Source: Burkholderiales bacterium (GTDB taxonomy: Bacteria; Pseudomonadota; Gammaproteobacteria; Burkholderiales; SG8-39). From it: a stretch of 64,000 bases of DNA. Below are positions 8,611 to 18,732 of this stretch, piece after piece (the first letter of the stretch is position 1; each line of letters opens with the position of its first letter). The DNA lies in the NCBI GenBank assembly GCA_035280025.1, contig DATEGT010000046.1:26153-90152 (forward strand), in the 5' to 3' direction. A model generated the notes under the pieces. That model ran no database searches and was not told the DNA's origin. It worked only from the letters and a program-made list of their open reading frames with translations. Both the position numbers and the translations under genes were made by a program.

Positions 8611-10377
8611 TCACCCGCTCCGGTGCTTCGCGTAGGTTCCCGGCGCGCGCTCTCCGGGCTTGAACCTCGAGCTGCCCAGGCGCGCGCGGGCTTTAGCTCG
8701 CTTGCCGCCATGGCGTCCCAGCCAGTCGATCCAATCGGCCCACCAGCTTCCAGATTTCTCCGCAGCGGCCGAAAACCAGACATCGGCCTCCGCGTGCTGA
8801 TGCGTTCCCGTCCAGTAGCTGCGCCTGTTGCGGGAAGCCGGATTGACGACACCGGCGATGTGGCCGCTCGCCCCGAGCACGAAGCGCGCGTCGCCGCCGA
8901 GCAGCTGCGTCGTGCGGTACGCCGTGCGCCAGGGCACGATGTGGTCCTCGCGCGTCGCAAGCACATACGCCGGAACGGCGATCTTTCCGAAATCGACCGG
9001 TACCCCGAGCACCGAGGCCCCCCCCGGCTCGCGCAGCTTGTTCTCGAGATAGGTATTGCGCACGTACCAGCAGTACATCGGCCCCGGAAGGTTGGTCGAG
9101 TCGGCGTTCCAGTAGAGCAGATCGAACGCGTCGGGGGACTTCCCCTTCAGGTAATTGTTGACGACGTAGGGCCAGACGAGGTCGTTGGCGCGGAGCGCCG
9201 AGAAAACCAGCGCGAGATCGCGCCCGGGCATGATGCCCCCCTTTCCGATCGACGCCTCGCGCAGCTCAACGCTCGGTTCGTCGATGAAAAGTCCGATTTC
9301 GCCAGTGTCGGAAAAATCTAGCATCGAGGCGAGGAAGGTGGCGCTCTCGACGCTCGTCTCGCCCCGAGCGGACGCGACGGCCAGCGCGACCCCCAGTAAC
9401 GTGCCCCCGACACAGAATCCAAGCGCGTTGACCGACCCGGAGCCCGAGATGCTCCGCGCCACGTCCAGGGCTTCGAGGACGCTTTCGACGTAGTCGTCCC
9501 AGGTCAGATGGCCAAGATCCTTCTCCACGTTACGCCACGACACCATGAAAACGCCGTGTCCCTGCTGCAGCGCATAGCGCACCAGAGAATTGTCGGGCTG
9601 AAGATCGAGGACGTAGTACTTGTTGATACACGGCGGGATCATCACCAGCGGCCGCCTGAATACCGTATCCGTGAGCGGCCGGTACTGGATGAGCTGGATG
9701 AGATCGTTCTCGAAGACCACGGCTCCTTCCGTAACGGCGACATTCCTCCCGATCTCGAACCGGGATTCATCCGTCGTCGAGATGCGCCCTTTGTGCACGT
9801 CTTCGGTCAGCTGGCGTATGCCCCTGGCAAGGCTTTCGCCCTTGGTTTCGAGGGCAAGCCTGAGGACCTCGGGGTTGGTTGCCGCGAAATTGGCGGGACA
9901 CATCGCGTCGGCGAATTGGCGCGCAACGAAGCGCAGGCGCTCCTTCGCGGGCGCATCGATGTCCAGAGCTTCCACCCATTCGACAAGGATCTGCGAGTTG
10001 ATCAGATAGCTCCGGCGCAGATAGTCGAACCACGGGTCGCGTCGCCATTCAGGCGAAGAGAAGCGCCTGTCGTCGCTATCCCGCGCGGAATCCGGCTGCC
10101 CGCCCCCTCCACCGAGGACCGCTTGCAGAAGCGCCGCGTGCTGTTGAAAGTAGCGGGCTTGTAGCGCCGTCAGCTTGGATTCGCCGGTCGCGCCGTCTGG
10201 AGCGCTGGAGGCTTCGGGGTCCGCGATAACTCCGAAGAATTGCTTGAAGAAGCTTTGCGCCGCAAGCGAAAACGGGTCTCCCGGCGACTTGGTTTCTGCG
10301 CTCACGGAATTTCGCTCAAGGTCCTGAAAACCTTTCGAAAGGCGGCTGATATTGCGCCGCACAATCGATAAAGTCAA
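8611..10377 (-). CDS. phaC: Class I poly(R)-hydroxyalkanoate synthase
   Basis: 588 aa, collinear with the Cupriavidus-type PhaC as I recall it (PPCINKYYVLDL, lipase-box GFCVGG, HIAGVVNP). The annotated start is TTG and is not verified. Confidence 0.9.
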   Translation of the reverse strand: MTLSIVRRNISRLSKGFQDLERNSVSAETKSPGDPFSLAAQSFFKQFFGVIADPEASSAPDGATGESKLTALQARYFQQHAALLQAVLGGGGGQPDSARDSDDRRFSSPEWRRDPWFDYLRRSYLINSQILVEWVEALDIDAPAKERLRFVARQFADAMCPANFAATNPEVLRLALETKGESLARGIRQLTEDVHKGRISTTDESRFEIGRNVAVTEGAVVFENDLIQLIQYRPLTDTVFRRPLVMIPPCINKYYVLDLQPDNSLVRYALQQGHGVFMVSWRNVEKDLGHLTWDDYVESVLEALDVARSISGSGSVNALGFCVGGTLLGVALAVASARGETSVESATFLASMLDFSDTGEIGLFIDEPSVELREASIGKGGIMPGRDLALVFSALRANDLVWPYVVNNYLKGKSPDAFDLLYWNADSTNLPGPMYCWYVRNTYLENKLREPGGASVLGVPVDFGKIAVPAYVLATREDHIVPWRTAYRTTQLLGGDARFVLGASGHIAGVVNPASRNRRSYWTGTHQHAEADVWFSAAAEKSGSWWADWIDWLGRHGGKRAKARARLGSSRFKPGERAPGTYAKHRSG

Positions 10378-10435
10378 GGCAGCAGATCACCCCGCGCCGA
10401 GACGGCAGACTCCCGGGTACTTTCTGCTTCGTCGC

Positions 10436-11299
10436 CTAGTCCCAGTAGAGGCGCGCGGGGTTGTCCACCAGGATGCGCTTCCTCAGGCCCGCGTCGGGGA
10501 TGGCCTGCGAAAACAGATCCACCAGCTCGCCGTCGTTCGGCATCGACCTGACGTTCGGGTGCGGGAAATCGGTTCCCCAGAGGACGCGGTCGGGTGCCGC
10601 CTCGGCCAGAGCAGCCACGAAGGGCATCGCATCATGGAAGGGCCTTCCCGCCGCCGAGATGCGCTCCGGGCCGCTCACCTTCACCCAGGCGAGAGGATTC
10701 TTCATCAAATCGAGCAGCATTGCGAACGGCTTTTGTTCGAGGCCGTGCGCGGCGTCGACCCGTCCCATGTGGTCGATTACGAAAGGCAAGCGCATGCGCC
10801 TGAACAGGTCCGCATGGGCCTCGATGTCTTCGGCGTCGAAGTGCAAGACGACGTGCCATCGCAGCGGCGCGATCATCTCCAAGGTCCGCTCGAACACTCG
10901 GGGGTCCGGGGATCCGCCCAGGTGGCGTACGAAGTTGAAGCGTACGCCGCGCACCCCGCCGAGGTGCAAGGCCTCGAGCTCGCGCCCTGTGGCGTTGGCT
11001 TTCACCATCGCGACGCCCCTCCACGAACCGCCCGACCACGTGATTGCGTCGAGCATCGCTCGGTTGTCCCCGCCGTGGCAGCTCGCCTGCACCAATACGG
11101 CGCGCGAAAGGCCGAGGTGCCGGTGGAGCGCTCGAAGCTTCTCTTTGGGAGAATCCGGAGGCGTGTAACGGCGTTCGGGTGCGTAGGGAAATCTGTCCGC
11201 CGGCCCGAAGATGTGGCAATGTGAGTCGCACGCACCCGGCGGCGGCGCATATTTCGGTCTAACCGGCTTTGGATCGGGGCCGGCGATCGGTTTCGTCAT
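10436..11299 (-). CDS. Amidohydrolase-2 family protein (LigI-type lactonase-like)
   Basis: CDSHCHIFGP metal-binding N-terminus and a TIM-barrel amidohydrolase pattern. The ATG at 11299 is chosen because the upstream ORF extension translates a tRNA fragment. Confidence 0.7.
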   Translation of the reverse strand: MTKPIAGPDPKPVRPKYAPPPGACDSHCHIFGPADRFPYAPERRYTPPDSPKEKLRALHRHLGLSRAVLVQASCHGGDNRAMLDAITWSGGSWRGVAMVKANATGRELEALHLGGVRGVRFNFVRHLGGSPDPRVFERTLEMIAPLRWHVVLHFDAEDIEAHADLFRRMRLPFVIDHMGRVDAAHGLEQKPFAMLLDLMKNPLAWVKVSGPERISAAGRPFHDAMPFVAALAEAAPDRVLWGTDFPHPNVRSMPNDGELVDLFSQAIPDAGLRKRILVDNPARLYWD

Positions 11300-11309
11300 T
11301 CGCCCACGT

Positions 11310-11352
11310 CGGTCGGCGCGGCGAGATTCGAACTCGCGACCACCCGCACCCT
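11310..11352 (-). pseudogene. tRNA-Pro 3'-half fragment (acceptor 3' strand, T-arm, part of anticodon stem)
   Basis: 39/43 nt identical to 13094..13136 of the intact tRNA-Pro, including a 27-nt perfect block gcggcgagattcgaactcgcgaccacc. There is no 5' half. Confidence 0.75.
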
Positions 11353-11591
11353 CCTGTGGTTTCCTCAAAAAACAGCAGCTTACCCGAATTCCTCTAAGCG
11401 AAGGAATTCGAAACCGCCCTAGAACTGGCGCGATTTTTTGCGAGGTTTGCTTGGAAGGGATTCCCCCTGGCGCTCTCTACGAATCCACGATCTGTCGAGG
11501 CGCCGGTGCTCGATGATTGCGCAATTGTTCGCAGCAGTTCAGGCTCATGTTTCGTATCCTAAACGCCCTCCCGAGAACGAGCCAAACGGTC

Positions 11592-12971
11592 ATGAGCGAG
11601 GATTCCCTGCCGTCGCGCATCCTGCGGTCCGCGCTGCTCGATCCGATCGACGGCGCATGCGATATCCTGCGGCGGTCGCAGAACAATGAGGCCTTCCAGC
11701 ATTATCTGCGGAAGCGCATGCTGCGCGCGTTGCCCCTCGTCGTGGGGATCGTGCTTACTAGCCTCGCGTCTTCCGGAGCGGCAATGTTCTTTTTCTTGCG
11801 CGCCGGTACCTTGCTCGCGTTGGTGGTAACGATAGTAGTTGCGCCGATCGTACTGTTTGCGAGTTTTTCAGTGCAGGCGTACGTGCTGCTCTACTGGCTC
11901 GAGGGGCGTTCGCTCGCGAAGCTTCAGGAGCACCGCCGGCCGCGTCACCGAGGACCCATCGGCCAATGGCTCGCGCGGAGCTATCGCATCGATCTGGGGC
12001 CTCGCCCTCGGGTGCCGTGGATTCCTGCGCTGGTGTTCTTCCTGTTGCCCGCGGCGCTGCTGGCCCGAGTCGCGGCACCGGTTGCCGCGGCGCTTGCGGC
12101 TTTTCAGATCGTTGCCGCGATCATTTTCGCCCGACGGGACCCTGTGTCCGGTGTCGATCACTCTCCCGCGCGGGGCGGGGTCGAAGCACCCAACTCCACC
12201 GCGGCAGCTCCTCTGCGGAAGGTGCGGATCCCCGAGCAGGCAAGCGACCTGGACTTCGCCTCTCCCGCGACCCGATCAGAGAGCGGAAGCCGGAGCCGGC
12301 GCCTTCGTTCCTTCGTGCAATCCGGCTTTCGCTCTCTTCGTTTCCTCGTTGAACTCTGCCTACTCAACCTTCTTCCGCTCGTCGAATACTGTGCGCTCGT
12401 CGCCGGGATTGTTACCGTCGCGGAGGGCCGACGGTCCGCCGCCGAACAGGACGTCGCGCTGGGAATGCTTCTCGTCGGCGCCGCGCTCCTGCTCGCGGGA
12501 CTGGCGTCGATCGTCACGAAACGTATGAGTTTTCGCTTTTACGCCAGCGCGCGTACAAGCTATGCGGGATCAACGGCGCTGATCGCGGGCTCAATGCAGG
12601 GGATCGTCGGCGGTCTCGCCCTCGCGACGGCTTATGCCCTTGCGACCCACGTGTGGCAGGTGAAGCTCGATGCCCTCCTCACGGATCCTTGGCCTTTGCT
12701 CGTTCCGCTCGGGGGGCTGCTGATTGGCGCGGGCCTGCTGCTGGTGCGCCGCTCCAGCAGTTACGTCGGTCCTCTCGGGACCGTGCTATTCATCCTTCCG
12801 AAGACGCTGGCCGGCGTAGCCGCGCTGGGCGCCGGCGCCGCGATCCTTACCGGCTGGGGCTGGAAGATTTACGACCTGCAGGCATTTCTCACCTTTGTCA
12901 GCCTCTTCCCGGATGAGTATATGAAGCTCCTCGCGAGCTGGTGGAGCGCGGCGATCGCATGGCTGCGCTGA
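11592..12971 (+). CDS. Hypothetical multi-pass membrane protein (family unknown)
   Basis: High GC3 from 11592 onward. About 9-10 hydrophobic helices in two blocks, separated by a Ser/Arg-rich linker. Alternative starts at 11517 (TTG) and 11547. Confidence 0.6.
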   Translation: MSEDSLPSRILRSALLDPIDGACDILRRSQNNEAFQHYLRKRMLRALPLVVGIVLTSLASSGAAMFFFLRAGTLLALVVTIVVAPIVLFASFSVQAYVLLYWLEGRSLAKLQEHRRPRHRGPIGQWLARSYRIDLGPRPRVPWIPALVFFLLPAALLARVAAPVAAALAAFQIVAAIIFARRDPVSGVDHSPARGGVEAPNSTAAAPLRKVRIPEQASDLDFASPATRSESGSRSRRLRSFVQSGFRSLRFLVELCLLNLLPLVEYCALVAGIVTVAEGRRSAAEQDVALGMLLVGAALLLAGLASIVTKRMSFRFYASARTSYAGSTALIAGSMQGIVGGLALATAYALATHVWQVKLDALLTDPWPLLVPLGGLLIGAGLLLVRRSSSYVGPLGTVLFILPKTLAGVAALGAGAAILTGWGWKIYDLQAFLTFVSLFPDEYMKLLASWWSAAIAWLR

Positions 12972-13093
12972 AGGCGAACGCCGCTACGGCGCGCTAACGG
13001 CTATCCCCTATGTCACGTACACGCGCCATTTGGGCGTGTCTGGAGAACTTAGGGAATTCCAAGTGATTGCAGGTGCGCGGCTGGTTGATTTGT

Positions 13094-13170
13094 TGGTCGG
13101 GGCGGCGAGATTCGAACTCGCGACCACCTGCACCCCATGCAGGTACGCTACCAGGCTGCGCTACGCCCCG
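13094..13170 (-). tRNA. tRNA-Pro (anticodon GGG)
   Basis: The reverse complement CGGGGCGTAGCGCAGCCTGGTAGCGTACCTGCATGGGGTGCAGGTGGTCGCGAGTTCGAATCTCGCCGCCCCGACCA folds as a cloverleaf of 77 nt with an encoded CCA. Confidence 0.9.
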
Positions 13171-13186
13171 AAGTGGCGCAAGTATA

Positions 13187-13606
13187 TCAGCGCGCGGAAC
13201 CCGACGCCTTTTCGGCGGCCAGCAACTCTATGACGCTCTTCAGCTCCTGCTTCAAGTTGGAGAGGTTGACACCTCGCGCGTCTGCGGCACGCGCGGGCGA
13301 GGACGTCGAGGAAAGCGTGCGCGTAGGCGCCGCGCTCAGGCTCTCGTCCAGACGATTGCGCGCGCCGCTGATCGTGAATCCCTGCTCATACAGAAGCTCG
13401 CGTATGCGGCGGATCAGCAGGACCTCGTGATGCTGATAATACCGGCGATTGCCGCGCCGCTTGACCGGCCGCAACTGGGTAAATTCCTGCTCCCAGTAGC
13501 GCAGCACGTGCGGCTTGACTCCGCACAGCTCGCTCACTTCACCGATGGTGAAGTAGCGCTTTGCCGGGATTGCGGGCAGGCTATCCTTGGTCGCCTTGCT
13601 TTCCAT
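13187..13606 (-). CDS. MerR-family transcriptional regulator
   Basis: The [28 protein letters not shown] is typical of the MerR-like gene commonly found downstream of ihfA. It overlaps the ihfA 3' end by 26 nt. Confidence 0.85.
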   Translation of the reverse strand: MESKATKDSLPAIPAKRYFTIGEVSELCGVKPHVLRYWEQEFTQLRPVKRRGNRRYYQHHEVLLIRRIRELLYEQGFTISGARNRLDESLSAAPTRTLSSTSSPARAADARGVNLSNLKQELKSVIELLAAEKASGSAR

Positions 13607-13889
13607 GCGTTTGCTCGACCAGGGCTTTCAGTTTCTGGCTTGCGTGGAAGGTCACCACGCGGCGCGCCGTAATGGGGATCTCTTCACCAGTCTTGGGGTT
13701 CCGGCCCGGTCGCTGTGGCTTGTCGCGCAACTGGAAATTCCCGAACCCCGACAGCTTGACGCTCTCGCCGCTTTCGAGCGCAAGACGGATCTCTTCGAAG
13801 AACGTCTCTACCATGTCCTTCGCCTCGCGCTTGTTGAGGCCGACCTTCTCGAAAAGCATGTCCGCCAGCTCGGCTTTCGTCAGCGTCAT
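13581..13889 (-). CDS. ihfA: Integration host factor subunit alpha
   Basis: [55 protein letters not shown] at 13889 preceded by AAGGGAG. Confidence 0.92.
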   Translation of the reverse strand: MTLTKAELADMLFEKVGLNKREAKDMVETFFEEIRLALESGESVKLSGFGNFQLRDKPQRPGRNPKTGEEIPITARRVVTFHASQKLKALVEQTHGKQGDQG

Positions 13890-13933
13890 TTCTGCTCCCT
13901 TGGAGGGGTAAAAATCTCCCTCCACTTCATTAC

Positions 13934-16327
13934 TTAAGTACGTAATTTAGCACCGAATTTAGCGGCGAGAAGCTCTGTAAGTTGCGCCATTGCGGCGTCC
14001 GCTTCCGCATCGGTCAACGTCCTTGCAGTATCTTGCATAACTACCCGAAACGCAAGGCTTTTTTTACCAGTTTCTACACCTTTGCCCCGATAGAAGTCAA
14101 ACAGGCGGATTTCCTGCACTACGGGGGGGCGGTTGCGCTCAAGCTCCTCCAATACCCGGGCCGCTGGGAGTCCTTCGTCAAACTCCATGGCGCGGTCCCG
14201 GATGACCGGGGGGTATTTCGACACCTCCCGGTAGCGGGGCAGGCCGATCCGCTCGAGAGCCCCGACGTCGAGCTCGAAGAGCGCCGCCGGGAGCGGCAAA
14301 CCGTACTTGCGGTGCCAGCGGGGGTGCAATTCACCTACCCATCCGACCGACGCCCCGTCTACGGTCACCCGGGCCGACCGGCCAGGGTGGAGAGCGGGAT
14401 GGGCAGCCGCCTCGTAGCTCGCGACCCGAGGAGCTATCAGCGCGTCCACGTCCGCCTTGACGTCGTAGAAGTCGACATTGCGCTTCTTGTCGGGCACCCC
14501 CCATTGCTCCTCGAGCGCCGGACCATAGGCGATCGCTCCGATGCGCAAAGGCTGCCGGATGCCCGCCACGTCCTGCTCGCCCTCCTCCGCTGCGGGGTCC
14601 CGCAGGTACACGCGTCCCAGCTCGAACACCCGCACGCGCGGCGCCTTGCGGGCGAGGTTGTATGCTACGTTCCACACGAGGCTCCCGAAAAGGGTGGTAC
14701 GCATCACCGCCATCTGGCTTGAGATCGGGTTGAGCACCCGGATGGGACTCGCGTCGCCCGCGAAGTCGGCCTCCCACTGCGGGTCGACGAAACTGAAGTT
14801 GATCGCCTCCTGATAGTCGGCATCGGCAAGCCGCTGGCGCATGGCGTGGCGCGAACGATGCGCTTCGCGCTGGGGGCGCATCGCGACGGGAGCGCGCGGT
14901 GGGCGCGCCGGGATGCGCTCGAAGCCGTGGACGCGCGCCACTTCCTCGACGAGATCCTCCTCGATCTCTATGTCGAACCGGAAAGAGGGCGGAGTAACGA
15001 CGAAGGTATCGCCGTCGCGCGAGTGTTGGAATCCCAGCCGCACGAAGATGTCGGCTATGTCCGCGGCGGGCACGGGCACGCCGATGATCTTGTGCGCGCG
15101 CGCTACCCGCATGCGAACCGACTTGCGCGCCGGCAGCTTCGCCATCGTGTCGACCGTCGGACCAGGCTCGCCGCCGCAGACTTCCAGGATCAGCCGCGTG
15201 GCGCGCTCGATGCCAGCGACGTTGTTCTCGAAGTCCACGCCGCGCTCGAAGCGGTGCGCGGCGTCGCTCGCGAGGTTGTAGCGCCGTGCTCGCCCGGCGA
15301 CGGCTTCGGGATAGAAGAATGCCGACTCGAGGAAGATATTGCGTGTCGCGAGATCCGCCTTGGTCGAGTCGCCGCCCATGATACCGGCCAGGCCGATCGG
15401 GCCGGATCCGTCGGAGATGCACAGCACCGACTCGTCCACCTCCACAGTGATGTCGTTCAGCAACTTGACGCGCTCGCCCCAGCGCCCGAAACGCACGTCT
15501 ATCCCGCGCGTCAGCTTGTTGAGATCGTAGACGTGCAGCGGGCGTCCGAGCTCGAGCATCACGTAGTTGGTGACGTCGACCAGAGCAGAGATCGAGCGCT
15601 GGCCGGCGCGCTCCAAGCGCTCCTTCATCCACGCGGGCGCGGGCGCGGCCGCGTCCACGTTGCGGATCACCCGGCCGGTGAATCGGCCGCAGCCCCGCGG
15701 ATCGCTGATCTTCACCGGGAATTTCGCGTCGCTCGCGGCGGGCACCGGTTTGATCTCGAGGGCCCGGAGCTCCACCCTCGCCAGCGCCGAAACTTCGCGC
15801 GCGACCCCGAACACCGACAGGCAGTCGGCGCGGTTGGGAGTTAGCTTGAGCGTGAAGATGCGGTCGTCAAGCGCGAGCACCTCGCGCACTTCCCGCCCGG
15901 GAGGGGCATCGGGGGAAAGCGCGAGCAGCCCGCTGTGATCGTCGGACAGTCCGAGCTCGCGCGCCGAGCACAGCATTCCGAAGCTCTCGACACCGCGCAT
16001 CGCGGTCGCCCTGATCTCTATTCCCCCGGGTAGCTTTGCGCCGACGACGGCGACGGGCGCTTTCATGCCCACCGTGACGTTCGGTGCCCCGCAAACGATC
16101 GTCAGAGGAGCTCCCGCACCGGCATCCACGTTGCACACTGTCAACCGGTCGGCGTTGGGATGCTTCCGTACGGACAGTACCTGCCCTACGACGACACCCG
16201 AGAACGGCGGCGCCACCGGCACGCAAGTCTCGACCTCGACGCCTGACATCGTGAGCAGGCGCGCGAGTTCCTCCGCTCCGAAAGGTGGATCGACAAACCC
16301 GCGCAACCAGCGCTCGGAAAACTGCAT
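13934..16327 (-). CDS. pheT: Phenylalanine--tRNA ligase beta subunit
   Basis: 797 aa, [10 protein letters not shown]-terminus, B3/4, B5 and FDX-ACB domain order. Follows pheS. Confidence 0.95.
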   Translation of the reverse strand: MQFSERWLRGFVDPPFGAEELARLLTMSGVEVETCVPVAPPFSGVVVGQVLSVRKHPNADRLTVCNVDAGAGAPLTIVCGAPNVTVGMKAPVAVVGAKLPGGIEIRATAMRGVESFGMLCSARELGLSDDHSGLLALSPDAPPGREVREVLALDDRIFTLKLTPNRADCLSVFGVAREVSALARVELRALEIKPVPAASDAKFPVKISDPRGCGRFTGRVIRNVDAAAPAPAWMKERLERAGQRSISALVDVTNYVMLELGRPLHVYDLNKLTRGIDVRFGRWGERVKLLNDITVEVDESVLCISDGSGPIGLAGIMGGDSTKADLATRNIFLESAFFYPEAVAGRARRYNLASDAAHRFERGVDFENNVAGIERATRLILEVCGGEPGPTVDTMAKLPARKSVRMRVARAHKIIGVPVPAADIADIFVRLGFQHSRDGDTFVVTPPSFRFDIEIEEDLVEEVARVHGFERIPARPPRAPVAMRPQREAHRSRHAMRQRLADADYQEAINFSFVDPQWEADFAGDASPIRVLNPISSQMAVMRTTLFGSLVWNVAYNLARKAPRVRVFELGRVYLRDPAAEEGEQDVAGIRQPLRIGAIAYGPALEEQWGVPDKKRNVDFYDVKADVDALIAPRVASYEAAAHPALHPGRSARVTVDGASVGWVGELHPRWHRKYGLPLPAALFELDVGALERIGLPRYREVSKYPPVIRDRAMEFDEGLPAARVLEELERNRPPVVQEIRLFDFYRGKGVETGKKSLAFRVVMQDTARTLTDAEADAAMAQLTELLAAKFGAKLRT

Positions 16328-16330
16328 GAC

Positions 16331-17329
16331 TCAGGCGAACTGCCGCAGAAACCGCAAGTCGTTCTCGAAGAACAACCGCAAATCGTCCACCCCGTAGCGC
16401 AGCATCGCGAGACGCTCGAGCCCCGAGCCGAAGGCAAACCCGATGTAACGCTCTGGGTCAAGGCCGTAGTTGCGCACTACGTTCGGGTGCACCTGCCCCG
16501 CTCCCGATATTTCGAGCCACTTACCCTGGTTGGGGCCCGAGCCGAACATCATGTCAATTTCCGCGGACGGCTCGGTAAAGGGGAAGAAGGAAGGGCGGAA
16601 GCGCACCTCGATGTCGCCGGTCTCGAAGAAGCACCGCAGGAAATCGATGTACACGCTCTTCAGGTCGGCGAAACTCACGTCCTCGTCGATCCACAGTCCC
16701 TCGACTTGGTGGAACATCGGAGAATGCGTCGCATCGGAGTCGACGCGGTAGACGCGCCCCGGCGCGATCGCCTTGATCGGCGGTTGGTGGGTGCGCGCGT
16801 AGCGCACCTGAATCGGGCTCGTGTGCGTTCGCAGCAGCAGCCCGCCCTCGACGTAGAACGTATCATGCATCGACCGCGCCGGATGGTTTTCCGGCTGGTT
16901 GAGAGCCGTGAAGTTGTACCAGTCGGTCTCGATCTCCGGCCCATCGGCGACGTCGAAGCCGATCGAGCCGAAGATCGCCTCGACGCGCTGCCAGGTGCGG
17001 ATCACAGGATGGATGTTCCCGCTGCCCTTACCGCGCCCGGGAAGCGTCACGTCTAGCGCTTCCTCGGCGAGGCGCGCGTCGAGCTGGGCCGCCGCGAGCG
17101 CCTCCCGACGGGCAGCGAGCGCCGATTCGATGCGGTCTTTTGCCGAGTTGATGCGGGCGCCGGCTTCCCGCTTCTCCGCCGGCGCAAGGCGAGCGAGTTC
17201 CTTCATCGCTTCGGGGATCGCGCCGGATTTTCCGAGGTAGCGCGCCTTCACCCTCTCGAGCTCAGCGGCGTCGTCTGCGCCGGAAAAGCTCGCTATCGCT
17301 TCGGAAACGAGTTTGTCGAGATCGGTCAT
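16331..17329 (-). CDS. pheS: Phenylalanine--tRNA ligase alpha subunit
   Basis: 332 aa with class II motifs ([27 protein letters not shown]). Confidence 0.95.
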   Translation of the reverse strand: MTDLDKLVSEAIASFSGADDAAELERVKARYLGKSGAIPEAMKELARLAPAEKREAGARINSAKDRIESALAARREALAAAQLDARLAEEALDVTLPGRGKGSGNIHPVIRTWQRVEAIFGSIGFDVADGPEIETDWYNFTALNQPENHPARSMHDTFYVEGGLLLRTHTSPIQVRYARTHQPPIKAIAPGRVYRVDSDATHSPMFHQVEGLWIDEDVSFADLKSVYIDFLRCFFETGDIEVRFRPSFFPFTEPSAEIDMMFGSGPNQGKWLEISGAGQVHPNVVRNYGLDPERYIGFAFGSGLERLAMLRYGVDDLRLFFENDLRFLRQFA

Positions 17330-17372
17330 GGACCATTCCCCGCTTCCCGCGGGGAAAGGACTCAGCCGGAGG

Positions 17373-17732
17373 CTACGTCGCGAGTTTGGCCTTGGCCTGC
17401 CCCGCGAGCTGGGCGAATGCGGCCTTGTCGGCTATCGCGAGGTCGGCGAGCACCTTGCGATCGATCTCGATCGCGGCTTTCTTCAGGCCGTGCATGAACG
17501 CCGAGTACGTCATCCCGTGCTCCCGCACCGCGGCGTTGATGCGCGCGATCCACAGGCCGCGAAACTGGCGCTTGCGTTGCTTGCGGTCGCGGTAGGCGTA
17601 CTGCCCGGCCTTCATGACCGCTTCCTTGGCGATGTTGAATACGTTGCCGCGGCGGCCGCGGAAACCTTTGGCCTGGCGAATGACTTTCTTGTGTTTGCCG
17701 CGCGCAGTTACGCCGCGTTTGACTCGTGGCAT
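17373..17732 (-). CDS. rplT: 50S ribosomal protein L20
   Basis: [17 protein letters not shown].. signature. Confidence 0.95.
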   Translation of the reverse strand: MPRVKRGVTARGKHKKVIRQAKGFRGRRGNVFNIAKEAVMKAGQYAYRDRKQRKRQFRGLWIARINAAVREHGMTYSAFMHGLKKAAIEIDRKVLADLAIADKAAFAQLAGQAKAKLAT

Positions 17733-17815
17733 GGAGTTCTCCTGGTCTGCCGTCGCTCCGCGACGGCATGGATCATGTTCGGGCGGGAAGCATCTTCCCG
17801 CCGGAATTCGTAGCT

Positions 17816-18013
17816 CTAAGCGTAGGGCAGCATCGCACGCACATGCTGCTGGTCGGTGGAATGCACTTCCGCCGTACCGCGCAAATGGCGCTTGTTCTTC
17901 GTGGTCTTCTTCGTGAGGATGTGGCGCTTAAAAGCCTGGGAGCGCTTGATGCTGCCGCCGGATCGAATCTTGAAGCGCTTGGCGGCGCTGCGCTTAGTTT
18001 TCAGCTTGGGCAT
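17816..18013 (-). CDS. rpmI: 50S ribosomal protein L35
   Basis: [15 protein letters not shown].. signature. Confidence 0.95.
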   Translation of the reverse strand: MPKLKTKRSAAKRFKIRSGGSIKRSQAFKRHILTKKTTKNKRHLRGTAEVHSTDQQHVRAMLPYA

Positions 18014-18103
18014 TGCTTAACTCCTATTTGTCATGGCGGCGGGCGGCTTCCCGAGGAAGCGCTTGCCGAGCCCGAACACCACTTGTTCTAGTCCGGAACC
18101 GCG

Positions 18104-18706
18104 CTAGGACGCGACCGCCGGCTTTGGGTCCTTTTTAACCTGCTTCGTGCTCTGTTCCTGCTTTGTGCTCTGCTTCTTCACCTCTTTCTTGCCCTTCTTT
18201 GGCGCCAACACCATGATCAACTGGCGCCCTTCCATCTTCGGATACTGCTCGACGATCGCGTGGGGCTCGAGGTCCTGCTTCACGCGCTCGATCAGGCGCA
18301 CGCCGAACTCCTGGTGCGCCATTTCGCGGCCACGGTAGCGCAAGGTGACTTTGGTCTTGTCCCCCTCGTCCAAGAACTTGATCAGGTTGCGAAGCTTGAT
18401 CTTGTAGTCGCCCTCGTCGGTCCCGGGTCGGAACTTCACCTCCTTGACATGGATCTGCTTCTGTTTGAGCTTGGCCTCGTGGGCCTTCTTCGCCTCGCGG
18501 TACTTGAACTTGCCGTAATCCATCAGCTTGCAGACCGGCGGCTTGGCGAGCGGCGCGATTTCCACCAAATCCACCTCGGCTTCCTCCGCCATCTTCAGCG
18601 CCTGAGCGGTCTGCACGATGCCTATCTGCTCGCCGTTAACTCCGATCAGACGCACTTCGGGTGCGTTGATCTCGCTGTTGATACGTTGCGTTCTATCCGT
18701 GGCGAT
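18104..18706 (-). CDS. infC: Translation initiation factor IF-3
   Basis: The conserved [23 protein letters not shown] lies upstream of the first track Met, so the start is non-AUG. ATC at 18706 is preceded by GGAGAA-N6. An in-frame ATT at 18733 is the alternative. The C-terminus is Lys-rich. Confidence 0.85.
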   Translation of the reverse strand: MATDRTQRINSEINAPEVRLIGVNGEQIGIVQTAQALKMAEEAEVDLVEIAPLAKPPVCKLMDYGKFKYREAKKAHEAKLKQKQIHVKEVKFRPGTDEGDYKIKLRNLIKFLDEGDKTKVTLRYRGREMAHQEFGVRLIERVKQDLEPHAIVEQYPKMEGRQLIMVLAPKKGKKEVKKQSTKQEQSTKQVKKDPKPAVAS

Positions 18707-18732
18707 GTTCGATTCTCCGTGTCCGTGAAAAA

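Noticed and set aside
11211-11516. Plus-strand ORFs 11211..11516 and 13067..13672, which share the peptide RRDSNSRPPAP.
   Set aside because: The shared peptide is simply the translation of the tRNA-Pro T-arm/acceptor sequence, present once intact and once as a fragment. The ORFs otherwise run antisense to real genes or through intergenic DNA.
11353-13093. Search for an integrase, excisionase or other mobility gene in the tRNA-Pro-bracketed insert.
   Set aside because: None is present in any frame, only one membrane-protein ORF. I therefore did not annotate a mobile_element feature and report only the repeat geometry.
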